A stretch of 63,440 bases of DNA, the filler included, from Stramenopiles sp. TOSAG23-3 (Eukaryota), in NCBI GenBank assembly GCA_900128585.1. It is 20 parts of 20 records of this genome, joined end to end, with 100 filler letters (N's around TTAATTAATTAA, not from the genome) between each part and the next. Parts side by side here need not be neighbours in the genome. Positions count along the whole stretch, not along the records: positions 38,221 to 41,295 come from LT644432.1; positions 41,396 to 44,469 come from LT644433.1; positions 44,570 to 47,641 come from LT644434.1; positions 47,742 to 50,807 come from LT644435.1; 16 more parts are not named here. One strand, 5' to 3'. The translations under genes were made by a program, and so were the position numbers. The notes beneath the pieces were generated by a model. It did not search any database and was not told the origin of the DNA. It saw only the letters and a program-made list of their open reading frames with translations. Positions 38,681 to 49,903 of the stretch are shown one piece after another (position 1 is the first letter of the stretch; the number at the start of each line of letters is the position of its first letter).

Positions 38681-40081
38681 ATGCAGTACACAAAATCGAT
38701 CGAAAAGGACGCATCTGGATCGTTAGGGCTACGGATAGCTAAAAGACGGGATGCAACGTATCTGATTGGCCTTGCCGAAAGATTGAAGGAATGCGGCATC
38801 CTTATCGGAGACCAAATTGTTTCTATAGGAGGGCATTCCATTGCCGGTATGCAACTTTCTGAAGTGTCCAACCTTATGAGGTCGCTGCCGTCCCCCGTTG
38901 CAATTGCATTAAAGTCTACGGGGCAAGACGAGAACGGGGAGAGCAGGGAGACGATTTTGAACAAAGTAAAAGCTCTGAATTCTGCCCAGACAAAGTTTTC
39001 CTCTGCTATCAAAAAGATGGGGTCTGTGAACATGTTCCATTCCCTGGCAAGAAGTTCCGATGGCAGCAATGAATCAAAGACGCTTGCCACGATCGATGCA
39101 GAACGTGCCTTGCCCCCCAGTAAAACCGAGAGCACAAGAAGCGACGCGCCTACCCCTGTGCCAAACGAATTGGCGAATTCAGTCACAAACGTAGTGCCTG
39201 AGGATGTTGCGGTTAGCAAAAGGAACTATGTCGACGGTGCCGTGTCTGAGGATCAAAATAAAAGGAGTGAACGAAGTGTGTCTTTTGCAACTGCACTTGA
39301 ACAATCTTTGAAAAGTGGAGAGAGCGAAAATAATGATAACTCCTTCAATCCTCTTGTAGATCATTGGCCAGTTGAAAAGTCGGTTCAACCTATTCAAGAG
39401 AACCCTTTAATCAAGTCTTTGCAAAGCAAAATTGACACCTTAAAGGAAACTCACAAACAATCACAGCAACTCCACGACACAGAAATAAAGTTAAAAGAAT
39501 CCAAAATCGACGATCTGGTGGCCAAAATTGATAACGAAAGCGCTGTAAGACTTCGGGTGGAAATGTCTCTAAAGAAAGCTAGAAGAGGGTCCGTATCACT
39601 GCAGTTGTCGAATTCAAATTTGCTGCAGCAAATATCGTCACTAGAAACCGAAAACGATGAACTTTCCAAAAAATTAAGAGCCACCCAGAACCAAGTCGCA
39701 GCGGAAAAAGAGAGATTTTTTATAATGAGCCAAAAATACACTGCACTGAAGAATATGTTCATTGCCTTGCAAGAGGAAATGAGCCCTAGTAGGAATATAA
39801 TAGCAGCCACCGAAAGTGATGTGCGGGACGACGAAGATACGGTAGCTTCTGCTCTGTCGCCAGCCCAACCAAATGGAACAAAAATCCGGCGGGTGAGCCG
39901 TATGGAAATCGAAAACACGTCCGTAACCACCACCGAAGCCGTTCGGCGACTTAGTGTACTCATTACCAAGCGGGCGTTTCCCAACATCGAGGAGCCAGGC
40001 GTGCCCCGGGGTGGACATATGTTTGGTTTGTCCGAAGTTTCGGAGGAACAAAAGGAAGAAGAAGAAGACTTGTGGTTTTAA
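38681..40081 (+). CDS. PDZ-domain plus coiled-coil protein
   Basis: PDZ motifs KDASGSLGLRI..GILIGDQIVSIGG, and a C-terminal heptad region. Confidence 0.8.
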   Translation: MQYTKSIEKDASGSLGLRIAKRRDATYLIGLAERLKECGILIGDQIVSIGGHSIAGMQLSEVSNLMRSLPSPVAIALKSTGQDENGESRETILNKVKALNSAQTKFSSAIKKMGSVNMFHSLARSSDGSNESKTLATIDAERALPPSKTESTRSDAPTPVPNELANSVTNVVPEDVAVSKRNYVDGAVSEDQNKRSERSVSFATALEQSLKSGESENNDNSFNPLVDHWPVEKSVQPIQENPLIKSLQSKIDTLKETHKQSQQLHDTEIKLKESKIDDLVAKIDNESAVRLRVEMSLKKARRGSVSLQLSNSNLLQQISSLETENDELSKKLRATQNQVAAEKERFFIMSQKYTALKNMFIALQEEMSPSRNIIAATESDVRDDEDTVASALSPAQPNGTKIRRVSRMEIENTSVTTTEAVRRLSVLITKRAFPNIEEPGVPRGGHMFGLSEVSEEQKEEEEDLWF

Positions 40082-40369
40082 TCAGACAAGCGACAGAATT
40101 TATTTGTTTTAAAACAGAGATAACTGAATTTTAGGTTCATTTTTTAAAACACATACTCTCAACAACACAACACGTTAATTTTTATTAATCTCTCTCAGTA
40201 TAATTTTTGTTTTTTAATCTCCGAACAGAGAAAAAAATTAACCTGAATGGTTTCACATCAAAATTAATCTTGAGTGGTTTAACGTCAAATTAAAACATTT
40301 ACTTATAATTTAGTTTTTTTTTTGATCCCCTCCCCAACACTCTATTGTCATTACCATAGTCCTTACTGT

Positions 40370-40948
40370 TTACAACTGTGTCTCCGCACCAGGAGGAACA
40401 TTTGTGCTCTGTCCACCATACTTGGATTTCGTGACCACTTTCAAGTTGTAAACAATATTGATGTTACTCAGTGTGAACGAAATGAACGCAAGCGCAGCTG
40501 CGGCAGCATATTTATCCTTGTCTCCGGCAAGTTCCATGATCGTCTTTCCTTGGTTCCTGTCGGGCTGTGAACCATTTAGCTCGAATATCATTAGTATATA
40601 CGCCAGCAAGTTTAATCCACCGGCGAAAAAATCGCTGATGTACTCGATTCGTTCACCATACTTTTGACAAAATATGGGCTGAGGACGGTTTTGAAAAACG
40701 TGTGCTAGGATCATAAGTGTGCACCACAAGAACGAGAAAAAGGCTATGACAACGTAGAAAATACAACTCGAAAATGCGTTATAGGGATATACGGGAGGAC
40801 ATATCTCTGAACCAGGGCCGTAGTTTGTATCCTTACACTCCTCGTCCGCCCCAGTCGCAGCCAACGTAACGATAAACCCCGAAAGATTAAGAACAGCCCC
40901 GAGCAACCTCAAGCATAGTGACGGGGTGCACAACTCACGAAAACTCAT
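40370..40948 (-). CDS. Small 4-TM membrane protein, MARVEL/CASP-like
   Basis: Four hydrophobic helices with motifs LRLL..., FYVVIAFFSFLW, YISDF and AAAALAFISF. Confidence 0.65.
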   Translation of the reverse strand: MSFRELCTPSLCLRLLGAVLNLSGFIVTLAATGADEECKDTNYGPGSEICPPVYPYNAFSSCIFYVVIAFFSFLWCTLMILAHVFQNRPQPIFCQKYGERIEYISDFFAGGLNLLAYILMIFELNGSQPDRNQGKTIMELAGDKDKYAAAAALAFISFTLSNINIVYNLKVVTKSKYGGQSTNVPPGAETQL

Positions 40949-41397
40949 TTTAATATAACAAGTACCAAATATTACTTACAACTTTTCTCGAAATAAAAAT
41001 TACTCTCTGGTGTAGGGAAGAGATGATGCATTCTTCTACACTGTGGTGAACGTTTCAAGGGAGTTTGTGTATACTGCTTTGTTTGGTTTGGTACAAGAAG
41101 GGGAAAATACTAAAAAAAATAATAATAAAAAAAAATAATTAGATCCGAAAATCGGTGAAGTGGTGGTCTGCTATTGCCTGTACTTTTTCACTACTCGCAA
41201 ATATACATACACAGAGCACTGACTAACTTTTTTGGGGGCATTTTTTGCTATACGGATTTATATAGGTAAATATTACAAGTACAACACGCGTTTATNNNNN
41301 NNNNNNNNNNNNNNNNNNNNNNNNNNNNNNNNNNNNNNNTTAATTAATTAANNNNNNNNNNNNNNNNNNNNNNNNNNNNNNNNNNNNNNNNNNNNAT

Positions 41398-42813
41398 TGG
41401 CAGGAACTTGTGAAGCACAAGAACGTCGGTCGAAAACGGTTTTTAACAAGGGCAAAATCGAACAATGCCTTGTTGAGTATGGGCCACGACGAATACAACA
41501 GCCCGAAGAAGCTACTGGACGAAAACTCTGAGCTTTTCTCGGCCGAAGAAGCAAGCATGGTGCTGTCCGAGCAGTCACATTCTGTCGGTGACGACAATTG
41601 GATGAACACGCAGGCAATTCATTTCGAACAGTACTCCCCGAAACTTTCCGATGCGAAAGTGTCGATCCTGCAGTTCGACGAAGGCAGTGTGGGCAGCCTT
41701 AGCGGGAACGATGAGACAAAAGTAGTGGAAACGTTCGTTGTCACGGGTACAGCGAAAGGGTTAGAGGATGGGGCAAGAATGGAATTGGAGGGGAAACTTC
41801 GTGACATGGACTCCAAATGCCACAGGTTGGAGACCCAAGTTCGGGAATTGAAACACGAAAAGAAGAGCATCACCGACGACTACGATTCCGTTGTGTCAGA
41901 AAACAACAAATTGAAGCTTAAACTTTCACGGTTGGAGGATGAGCTGCAATACTCGCACGATCAAAGCATGAAAGAAGACGCAGTGATGCGATCCAAAACC
42001 ACCGAGCTCCTAACCGAGCGCAACTCTTCCGTCATGCAACTGAAAGTTTTGCAGCAGGAAAATGCAGGCTTGAAAACGCAACTGATGCGTGCACAAAGCA
42101 ACAGTAGCGAAGATTTGGTGCTGCTCAGGGCAGAAAACAAAACGTTGACGGAGGAGAGGAACAATGCGCACAGGAACGTTACAAGGCAAATCGGAATGTT
42201 AGACGAGATCATGAAAAATATGGAACGGTTGACAAAATTAAAAATAGAAGCCGAAGAAAAGTACAGCGCCGCCATGCAAAACATTCATGGCTTGAACAAA
42301 AGGCTTGAAATGGCCAAGACGTCGGTTGCAAAAGCAGAACACCCCCAGCCGGCGTCCCTGTCCACATACGGCATGGAAATGCAGAAGAAACTTAAACGTC
42401 TCGCGTCCAAGCACGCCGACCTCTGCCGTCTGTCGTGGGGAATAGTACATCGCACTACTGTTGACAACGGCAGTCTGCATCACTTCGAACAGTGCATCAA
42501 GGACGGACTGGGGGACGTGGAGTTTTCGAGCTTGGAAAGAGGGCGGAGAACGGAAAAGGGAAAACCAAGGTCGCCTTATCGGTACCAGCCATACGACGCT
42601 TCGAATAGTGGTGATGACGTCTCGGAAACTGTACGATTCGAAATCGACAGTCTTCGGAAAAATCTTATGAAGACCATCGTGAGTAACAGAATATTTCGCG
42701 CGGAAGAATTAGAATTCCTCTTTCGCTCGACCCTGGAGTTCACAAAACTTGACAAGGCGCTGGTCCAGACCATGATAGGAAAATTAAGCCAGGAGTTGGA
42801 CTTGGGGAGTTAG
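41398..42813 (+). CDS. Coiled-coil protein with a small helical C-terminal domain (5'-partial)
   Basis: Long heptad region; the C-terminus IVSNRIFRAEELEFLF is weakly SPATA7-like. Confidence 0.7.
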   Translation, partial: WQELVKHKNVGRKRFLTRAKSNNALLSMGHDEYNSPKKLLDENSELFSAEEASMVLSEQSHSVGDDNWMNTQAIHFEQYSPKLSDAKVSILQFDEGSVGSLSGNDETKVVETFVVTGTAKGLEDGARMELEGKLRDMDSKCHRLETQVRELKHEKKSITDDYDSVVSENNKLKLKLSRLEDELQYSHDQSMKEDAVMRSKTTELLTERNSSVMQLKVLQQENAGLKTQLMRAQSNSSEDLVLLRAENKTLTEERNNAHRNVTRQIGMLDEIMKNMERLTKLKIEAEEKYSAAMQNIHGLNKRLEMAKTSVAKAEHPQPASLSTYGMEMQKKLKRLASKHADLCRLSWGIVHRTTVDNGSLHHFEQCIKDGLGDVEFSSLERGRRTEKGKPRSPYRYQPYDASNSGDDVSETVRFEIDSLRKNLMKTIVSNRIFRAEELEFLFRSTLEFTKLDKALVQTMIGKLSQELDLGS

Positions 42814-42910
42814 AATATTTGTATGACACATGAATCTTGTAAATACAATTTTTGTTTTTATACTAAAAAAGCATTATCTTACGAACCGCGCACCTTCCGT
42901 TTGCCTTTTT

Positions 42911-44179
42911 CTACCGCTGGGGGGACAAGGATGATTCCGAGAGAATGTCCTCTATCATGTCCCCTTCGCTTCTTGTGGGGCTGCCGTCTGGTGTGGCAAA
43001 CGCTTCTTCCGCTTCTATTAACAACGAATCGAGAAGCGCTTCATCGTCCTCTTCCCCGTCGCTGGTTTTCTGTACTTCCCCAGTTGCACGCGGGCTGTCA
43101 AAGCCCTCTCGTTCCTCAGAGTCCTCTGGCACATAGTTCGACTTTGTCTCGTCGGACTGTTTTGCAGCTAGTGTAGCAAGAATGCGTTTCTTCGTATCTT
43201 GTGCAACCGAGTAATCTAACAGCGCTTCTGAAAGTATGGTTGCCATGACACACGAAACAAAAGCGATGCAGAGGTAATCTACGATTCTCCATAGTAGCGG
43301 CTCGTCGATTGCAGACCTGACCCGGTCGAACTGAAGGCTTGTCGTTGCACCCCTGTAGGCCAGGGTGAGACCCCGATCGGTCTTTGCAACAACGTTGAAA
43401 AATATTGGCTGCTCCAATGGAAGATTTTGAAACGTGAACGTGTGCTCTCTGCTGACACCCGCTACTTCTACGGCTTCCACGACCGCCTTGTAAGCGGTGG
43501 GGTCCGACCGTAAGCCGCATGATGTCCATAAAATAGGCGACAAGAAGCAACTGGTGGTATTGGACGAGTTGCAATGCCTTGAGTGGGCCTCGTCATTGTA
43601 CGGGATATGGTACACCGTGTAAGATATATGCCCACGGTACTGCAACGGTGAAAACCAAGCCACCGACACGCTATAATGTTCCGTCTGGTTCAAAAGGACG
43701 TCGCCCCCATAGCCTGGCGTTGGCAAAAGCGCGTCGTCCACGCTATTGAGAAGAGTGAAATTGCTAGCAGTCTCTCCCTTGACCGTCAAAAAATATTCCG
43801 AATACAGCAAGGGCAATTTTATAAAATTTGCATCTTTTTTCCTTGTTGCTTTGAACCAGGCATTGTCTTTACTGGGGAACTCAGTGCCGACGACAGGTCG
43901 TATATACACTTCAAGGCTCCCCGCACACGGTTTTGCAACAAAGGTAATATTTGGACGTCGGCTATCGGGGACTTGAATAAGACTGAAATTTGAAAGTCGC
44001 CAATGGAAAAATTTCGTACCCCCTTGGGCCACGCCCAAGTTCAGCAGTTCTACGTTGTCTACAATACAAGTGCACTGTGGAATGGCTTGCCCGCTCGAAT
44101 CGAAGCAGCAACGTTTGTCAAACTTTCCTTCGCACAACAAGGCAAACTGCACGAACAGTACTAACGCCAAGCGTACCAT
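42911..44179 (-). CDS. Type I membrane protein with an NDNF-like/fibronectin-III ectodomain
   Basis: Signal peptide MVRLALVLFVQFALLCEG; motifs KPCAGSLE, SVSVAW, TSCGL and FFNVV..AYRG; TM helix and acidic tail. Confidence 0.6.
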   Translation of the reverse strand: MVRLALVLFVQFALLCEGKFDKRCCFDSSGQAIPQCTCIVDNVELLNLGVAQGGTKFFHWRLSNFSLIQVPDSRRPNITFVAKPCAGSLEVYIRPVVGTEFPSKDNAWFKATRKKDANFIKLPLLYSEYFLTVKGETASNFTLLNSVDDALLPTPGYGGDVLLNQTEHYSVSVAWFSPLQYRGHISYTVYHIPYNDEAHSRHCNSSNTTSCFLSPILWTSCGLRSDPTAYKAVVEAVEVAGVSREHTFTFQNLPLEQPIFFNVVAKTDRGLTLAYRGATTSLQFDRVRSAIDEPLLWRIVDYLCIAFVSCVMATILSEALLDYSVAQDTKKRILATLAAKQSDETKSNYVPEDSEEREGFDSPRATGEVQKTSDGEEDDEALLDSLLIEAEEAFATPDGSPTRSEGDMIEDILSESSLSPQR

Positions 44180-44570
44180 AGTCGCCACCGGCTGCCAACA
44201 AACTTCGGTGACGGGCAAGTACGAGACGTGGTTCTTCTCCCGAATTGGGATGGAACCAGGGATTTTCTCCTGGTATTAATATCAGCTGAAACGTGGAACG
44301 CAATTGAATTTCAAACAAACGTTTATTTGCCTTTTCAAATAACTAACAAGAATGAAAGAATGGCTAACTGTGGATATATGTATACATTATGAAAGAAACA
44401 ACAACAAACACACAGAAGAAGAACAACAACTGCTTGTTCCTCTTCTTCTTTCTTCTTCTTTCTTCTTCTNNNNNNNNNNNNNNNNNNNNNNNNNNNNNNN
44501 NNNNNNNNNNNNNTTAATTAATTAANNNNNNNNNNNNNNNNNNNNNNNNNNNNNNNNNNNNNNNNNNNNC

Positions 44571-45941
44571 CGCAAGCTTGTCGCGCAATACGACACGAAG
44601 AGCTGGACCACAGTCAGCAGGGAGCTAGAAGATAGCAACGTCAACTCCGAGAGGACAGGGAAGCAGTGCCGGGAACGTTGGCACAACCACCTGGACCCTG
44701 ACATCAACAAAAGCCCTTGGACGGAGGCAGAGGACAAGATCCTTCAAGAAGCACACACTGAGCTCGGGAACCAGTGGTGCGAAATTGCCAATAGAATTCC
44801 GGGCCGCACCGACAACGCCATCAAGAACCACTGGTACAGCAGGATGCGAAGGACCGTCCGTAAGCTGAACCGCGTCGCCAACCTCGGACGCATCGAAAAA
44901 CTACCCAGGAAAGCCCGCAAACCGGGGCAAATCCGACAGAGAAAAGCGGCAACCCTCAACGAGATGAAGGATTACTTTAGTGCGGCAATAGAAGTCGCCC
45001 ATGATTTGGAATCAGAAGGGAAGGCCGTGGCCAAAGCACCCTCATCGCAGTCCGACGTGGCCACGTTCATGGCGTACATCGAGAGCCAAGGCGAAACGTT
45101 CCGCGACCGGTTGAGGCTGAAGCTGGACGGGAAAAACATCAAACCACTGGTGAGCACTGTCCGCCACTCGGATTCAGAAGACGAGGGCGAGCCTTCGAGT
45201 GCTGCCTCGAAGAAGGCCAGAATCACGCACAAGAAAAAAGTCGCAGCCGGCACGAAACTGCAGAAGCCCCAGAAAAAGAGAAAGCGGCCGGGCTCCCACG
45301 GTTCGGAAACCAAGTCCAGGGCAACGAAGGCCTCCCGGGGCAAGGCCGCCAGCGACAAGGGGGGGAAGCGCAAGAGGGTGCCCAAACAATTAAGCGTGCA
45401 CATCGTCTATAACAATACTACCACACCAAGCACGACCCCGACGGGGGCAAACTCCAACGTTCCGCCCATTGGTTTGAAATTGATGGACGACGTGTCGGCC
45501 GAGCCGATGCCCAGGGCCACGTACAACAAGTACAGCGGCCCGACGACCCAGGGCCATAGCTCGGACGTGGGCGCAAATCGCAGCTTCAAGGCAAGGATTT
45601 TGGGCAGTGTTCGGTCGAGCCCAAGAAATGTAAACAGTGCTATTCCTACGCCCACGGGGGAGGGAGATTTTTCCCTTGAATCTGCCACCGGGGTGGGGCG
45701 TACCCCGAGGTGGAACTCGCTTACGACTCCGAACGGCAGCGGTGTCGCCATGCAACCCCTTGAGAGCCCCTTTTCGTTGAAGCTGCACACCGTCGCCGCC
45801 GAAGGCTTCGGTTTACAAGATGAAGACGGCGTTCAGGCAAATATCGTCAGCCGGCCAGAGTCAACTTTGTATGCGTCCTCCCTGAAATTTGACTTTGACG
45901 ATGCCATGACTGGGTTCACAAGTCCGGTTGGCCACACGTAA
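44571..45941 (+). CDS. R2R3-type Myb transcription factor (5'-partial)
   Basis: Myb repeats [16 protein letters not shown] and WTEAED...[24 protein letters not shown] lie in frame upstream of ORF 44844. Confidence 0.93.
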   Translation, partial: RKLVAQYDTKSWTTVSRELEDSNVNSERTGKQCRERWHNHLDPDINKSPWTEAEDKILQEAHTELGNQWCEIANRIPGRTDNAIKNHWYSRMRRTVRKLNRVANLGRIEKLPRKARKPGQIRQRKAATLNEMKDYFSAAIEVAHDLESEGKAVAKAPSSQSDVATFMAYIESQGETFRDRLRLKLDGKNIKPLVSTVRHSDSEDEGEPSSAASKKARITHKKKVAAGTKLQKPQKKRKRPGSHGSETKSRATKASRGKAASDKGGKRKRVPKQLSVHIVYNNTTTPSTTPTGANSNVPPIGLKLMDDVSAEPMPRATYNKYSGPTTQGHSSDVGANRSFKARILGSVRSSPRNVNSAIPTPTGEGDFSLESATGVGRTPRWNSLTTPNGSGVAMQPLESPFSLKLHTVAAEGFGLQDEDGVQANIVSRPESTLYASSLKFDFDDAMTGFTSPVGHT

Positions 45942-46044
45942 GCAGAGCTGAAACATAATTCGTCCGGGCACGGGAAGGGGGTCCAAAAGTCAATGTATTG
46001 TTTTTTATCAACAAGTATTTAGTAATTAATATAATAAGAATTTT

Positions 46045-46072
46045 ATAAAAACAAGAAAATTGGCTGTTATTT
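46045..46072 (+). promoter_or_regulatory. Recurrent 3'-end motif ATAAAAACAAGAAAATTGGCTGTTATTT
   Basis: About 104 nt after the Myb stop in sense orientation. Confidence 0.5.
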
Positions 46073-46255
46073 AAGTAATTAAATTTAGCTTCCTCGTCAG
46101 AATTTTATATCACACATATAGAATGATAGTCAAGACTAAGTGACAAGGGTATATCGATTAGTGAAACCAAAAGAGCAAAAGAGCAAAGATAAGTTCGCAG
46201 TTCATGAAGGAATGTAAACCTAGAAAGTCTAAATCTAGATTTCAGTTCGCAGTAA

Positions 46256-46281
46256 TAGGGCCAATTTTCTTTGTTTTTTAT
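46256..46281 (-). promoter_or_regulatory. Variant 3'-end motif (ATAAAAAACAAAGAAAATTGGCCCTA)
   Basis: Sense orientation, downstream of rpiB. Confidence 0.4.
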
Positions 46282-46568
46282 AAATAAAAACATTTAAGTT
46301 TTTTTTTATTTGTTTAAAATGATAATCCTTTGTATAAAAAATTGAGCCGTAGCTTTAACCAAACAGCACGAAGTAATAGTACATTGCATTTGTGTGTGCG
46401 TGTTTGGTGCGAAAAACTGTGTATTCACCACGTGTGCATTTTGCCTCTCTCCCCTCGCCACCTCTCTTTTTGCATTCAGTGTTTGCACAAATGTTCTTAC
46501 ACACATTACTTGCACCATACAAAAAATGAAAGAACGAAGGGGCGGCGGTGCAAGCAAAGGAGGAGCAC

Positions 46569-47033
46569 TCACTCGATTTTACCAACCCGACGCTCGTGCC
46601 GACCCCCTTGAAAACCCTCCGTTAAGAACGTATCGACGATCTCTTTTGCCACCTCTATCCCTGTAGTTCGACCACCCAGTGCCAACACGTTGGCATTATT
46701 GTGTTGACGACACATTTTTGCCGTAAAGTGATCGTGGCACAGCGCACAGCGTATGCCCGCAACCTTGTTCGCTGCCATGCTAATGCCAATCCCAGTTCCG
46801 CAGACGAGGATTCCCAGGTCCCCGGGCGAGGGAGACCCCAAAAGCTGCGTGCAGAGGCCCTGGGCTATGTCCGGGTAGTCGCAAGAATCTGCCGAGTGGG
46901 TTCCGACATCGTTCACGGGAACTTCTTTTGATTTTAGGTAATTCTTCAACGCTTCCTTCATTTCAAACCCACCATGGTCACTACCAATAAATACCTGCCT
47001 TGCGGCCGAACTTGCTGCCGCCGTCGTTGTCAT
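46569..47033 (-). CDS. rpiB: Ribose-5-phosphate isomerase B
   Basis: Motifs GSDHGG, DYPD, GILVCGTGIGISMAANK, RQHNNANVLALGGR and GRHERRVGKI. Confidence 0.95.
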   Translation of the reverse strand: MTTTAAASSAARQVFIGSDHGGFEMKEALKNYLKSKEVPVNDVGTHSADSCDYPDIAQGLCTQLLGSPSPGDLGILVCGTGIGISMAANKVAGIRCALCHDHFTAKMCRQHNNANVLALGGRTTGIEVAKEIVDTFLTEGFQGGRHERRVGKIE

Positions 47034-47779
47034 GTTTGCCTTTGTGATCCCAAAAAATAAATGTTTTGTTGCGCCAGGTTTTAAAAGACCAAAAAGCATT
47101 TACCGTGTTCCACTATAATGTGTATATGCTATTCGACCGATCAACTGCAGAACGGTACTTACAACGACAACAAAAACGATCTGCTTCAAGGGAGGACTTG
47201 GAACGCTTGGGGCGGACGGACGCGCGTTCGAAGAACGAAAAAAAAAAGAAGAAAAAAACGACAGAGAAAGAAGAAGGAGACAACACACACACACCGCCAC
47301 AGCGAACAATTCTTTCTTCTTATGGAATAATATTTAATGTAAATAATAGAAGCAAATGAAACGTTTGTCTTGTTGTACTTCAAAGATCAAACATTCTTCT
47401 TCTTTTTTTTTTATTAGGAGGTACTTTCTTCTTCGTATGTATTATGTGTTGTGAGTCTTCTCTGGTTGAGGTGGTGATGGTGTGGTGTGGTGTACGAGGT
47501 ATGTAATCCAAGTGATTCATGTCGCATTTTAAAATTATTTTGGAAACCAACCCTTTTATTATTTTTGTATTCTAATGTGTTTTGATAGGGATATTTATAA
47601 CATAGGCATATCATTGGGTTGGTTTCCAAAATAATTTTAAANNNNNNNNNNNNNNNNNNNNNNNNNNNNNNNNNNNNNNNNNNNNTTAATTAATTAANNN
47701 NNNNNNNNNNNNNNNNNNNNNNNNNNNNNNNNNNNNNNNNNTCTCGCTCGCTCGTCCTCCCTCCCTCCTTTTCTTTCGT

Positions 47780-49084
47780 TCACACGGCCTGGTCGTCCTC
47801 GTCGCCAATGCAGTCGCCCTCGTCCGCAGTGGAAAGTTTCTTGTACTTGCCCTTCTGCTCACCGGCCAGCCTCCCCACCACCACAGCGCCGATCCGTCGT
47901 GAGATGCTGTTCGAGGCTGCGGTGCCCTTCTCGACGACCTTGCTCATCATTTCTACCATGGGGGCCTCGACATTCGCCGCCCGTTCTTCGTGGTCCCGGA
48001 CCTCGGTCGTGGTGGAATGGTAGGAGTATGCGAGGACTCCGCCCACGACCAAGAACACCCCAAACCCTTTTTCAAACGTGAACTGTTGTTCTAGATGATC
48101 TGCACCGTAAAAGATTGCGCTCGCGACAAACACGGAGACCGTCTGCACGGCCTTGTTGACGCCCGTCGCCACCGCGCCCCCGCCAGACTTTCCCACGTAA
48201 ATAATGCTGATGTTGTGCAGACCGCACATGAAGAGCAGCAGAAAGTACATCGCGACGCAGGTCCCGTACGAACCCTTCGCGGCGGTCATCGGGGCCGTCA
48301 CGAGTTCGTCCCATCGGGGGCCAATCCAAACCGTCATGTACAGGCCCGTCAACACCGTACCGGAGAACCCGGAAAACGTGGCCAGCCCGATGGGTGACGG
48401 CGCCAGCCCCCCCGTCAAACCGTCCAAGTTCCCCTTCATGATCTGCTCCGTCAGGACGTACACCCACCCGTAAAATACCGCAGAGGAGAGGGCAAGGACC
48501 ATGCCAAAGACAACGTTGGACATTTCTTGGGACTGCAGCTCCGAGGGGTCCTCGTCGATGCCCCCCGCCCCCTCCTCCGCCTTTCCCCCGAGCGCCGTCA
48601 CCATCAGACCCAGGGAAATGATAAAAATCCCAGACCACTGCCCTTGGGACAGCGATTTGCCGTAAACATACCACCGAAACAGGGCCGCAAAGACCGTGAT
48701 CGAGCTGTAGATTACCATGAACAGGCCCGAGCCACACATTTGAATGGACACCTGGGCGCAAATTTGCCCGAGCAAGTCGCAGACCACGGTCGGGATGAAC
48801 ATTTTGTGGTACCGTGGGCGCCGGTCGTTTTCGTCAAACATGAAAGGCATGGCGAAGAGCAGCAAGCCAAGGTACGACGAGAGCACCCCGAGCCCGGTGT
48901 CGCCCCCCTGAATACCGTGGTAATCCAAGTACTGCACGATAAGCACTTGGAAGACACCGGTTGAACAAAACAAAAAGTTGCTCCCAACAGCCCCGCAACA
49001 TAACCCAAACATTCCCGTCAACGGCCCACCGCTTATTTCCGTTTTCCGCTCCTCGCGCTTATCTTCTACGCTGGACGACGCCAT
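47780..49084 (-). CDS. DMT-superfamily (SLC35/EamA-like) transporter
   Basis: About 10 TM helices with GSGLFMVIYSSITVFAALF..LSQGQW and ATGVNKAVQTVSVF. Confidence 0.8.
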   Translation of the reverse strand: MASSSVEDKREERKTEISGGPLTGMFGLCCGAVGSNFLFCSTGVFQVLIVQYLDYHGIQGGDTGLGVLSSYLGLLLFAMPFMFDENDRRPRYHKMFIPTVVCDLLGQICAQVSIQMCGSGLFMVIYSSITVFAALFRWYVYGKSLSQGQWSGIFIISLGLMVTALGGKAEEGAGGIDEDPSELQSQEMSNVVFGMVLALSSAVFYGWVYVLTEQIMKGNLDGLTGGLAPSPIGLATFSGFSGTVLTGLYMTVWIGPRWDELVTAPMTAAKGSYGTCVAMYFLLLFMCGLHNISIIYVGKSGGGAVATGVNKAVQTVSVFVASAIFYGADHLEQQFTFEKGFGVFLVVGGVLAYSYHSTTTEVRDHEERAANVEAPMVEMMSKVVEKGTAASNSISRRIGAVVVGRLAGEQKGKYKKLSTADEGDCIGDEDDQAV

Positions 49085-49559
49085 CGTCAAACACAACAGG
49101 CACAACGGAGAGAAACAGAAAGAGAGAAAGAAAAACGACGACAACAAAAAATAACGCGCCGCTCAAAATGCGCGTGAAATGAACAAGAGTGTGAGGAAGG
49201 GCCGAACATATTTATGTATGTATATACATATATATACATGAAGAATACTTTTACAAATATCAAAAGGAATAAAAACTTCCCGCCGCCGCATGCCGCAAGC
49301 CCTAATAAGCCAAAAGCCAAATGCTAATACAAAGAACACCCTAATACTAACTCTAATACAAAGAACACCCTTATTATAACCCTAATGTTAAATGTTTCAA
49401 TGTTTCAGCTTGTTTTTTTGAGGAGAAGAACGAAACGAAAGAATTGTGGCTTCATTCATCACACATTTTGTTCAGGATAGTTAAATAGTATATTCTATAT
49501 TGTATTTAACTATTACCTATGACTACCTCCGTCCATCTAAACCCTATCTTTATCCCCAT

Positions 49560-49706
49560 CTTCTTTTTCTTCTTCTTTCTTCTTCTTTCTTCTTGTTTCT
49601 TCTTTCTTCTTCTTCTTCTTTCTTCTTCTTCTTCTTCTTTCTTCTTTTCTTTCTTCTCTCTTCTTCTTTCTTCTTCTTCTTCTTCTTTCTTCTTCTTCTT
49701 TCTTCT
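49560..49706. repeat. (TTC)n-type microsatellite
   Basis: Seen directly in the sequence. Confidence 0.9.
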
Positions 49707-49903
49707 CTATTATCATCATCAACAATCTATCAACAATAAAATTTCTATTTCTTTCTTCTGTGGAAGGTAGTAAGAAGTAAAGTAAAACTGAAGGTAGACA
49801 ACTTAATCTAACGTCGTCTTTTCTTCTTCATATTTCCTTCCTCTTCATTTTTGTCTATGTACACAGGCGATTTGTGTTTTGATTACTACTTTGCTCTTGG
49901 AAT

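Noticed and set aside
49500-49770. Poly-F/S/L and poly-K/E/R ORFs (also 2727-2978 and 23115-23336)
   Set aside because: Translations of microsatellites.
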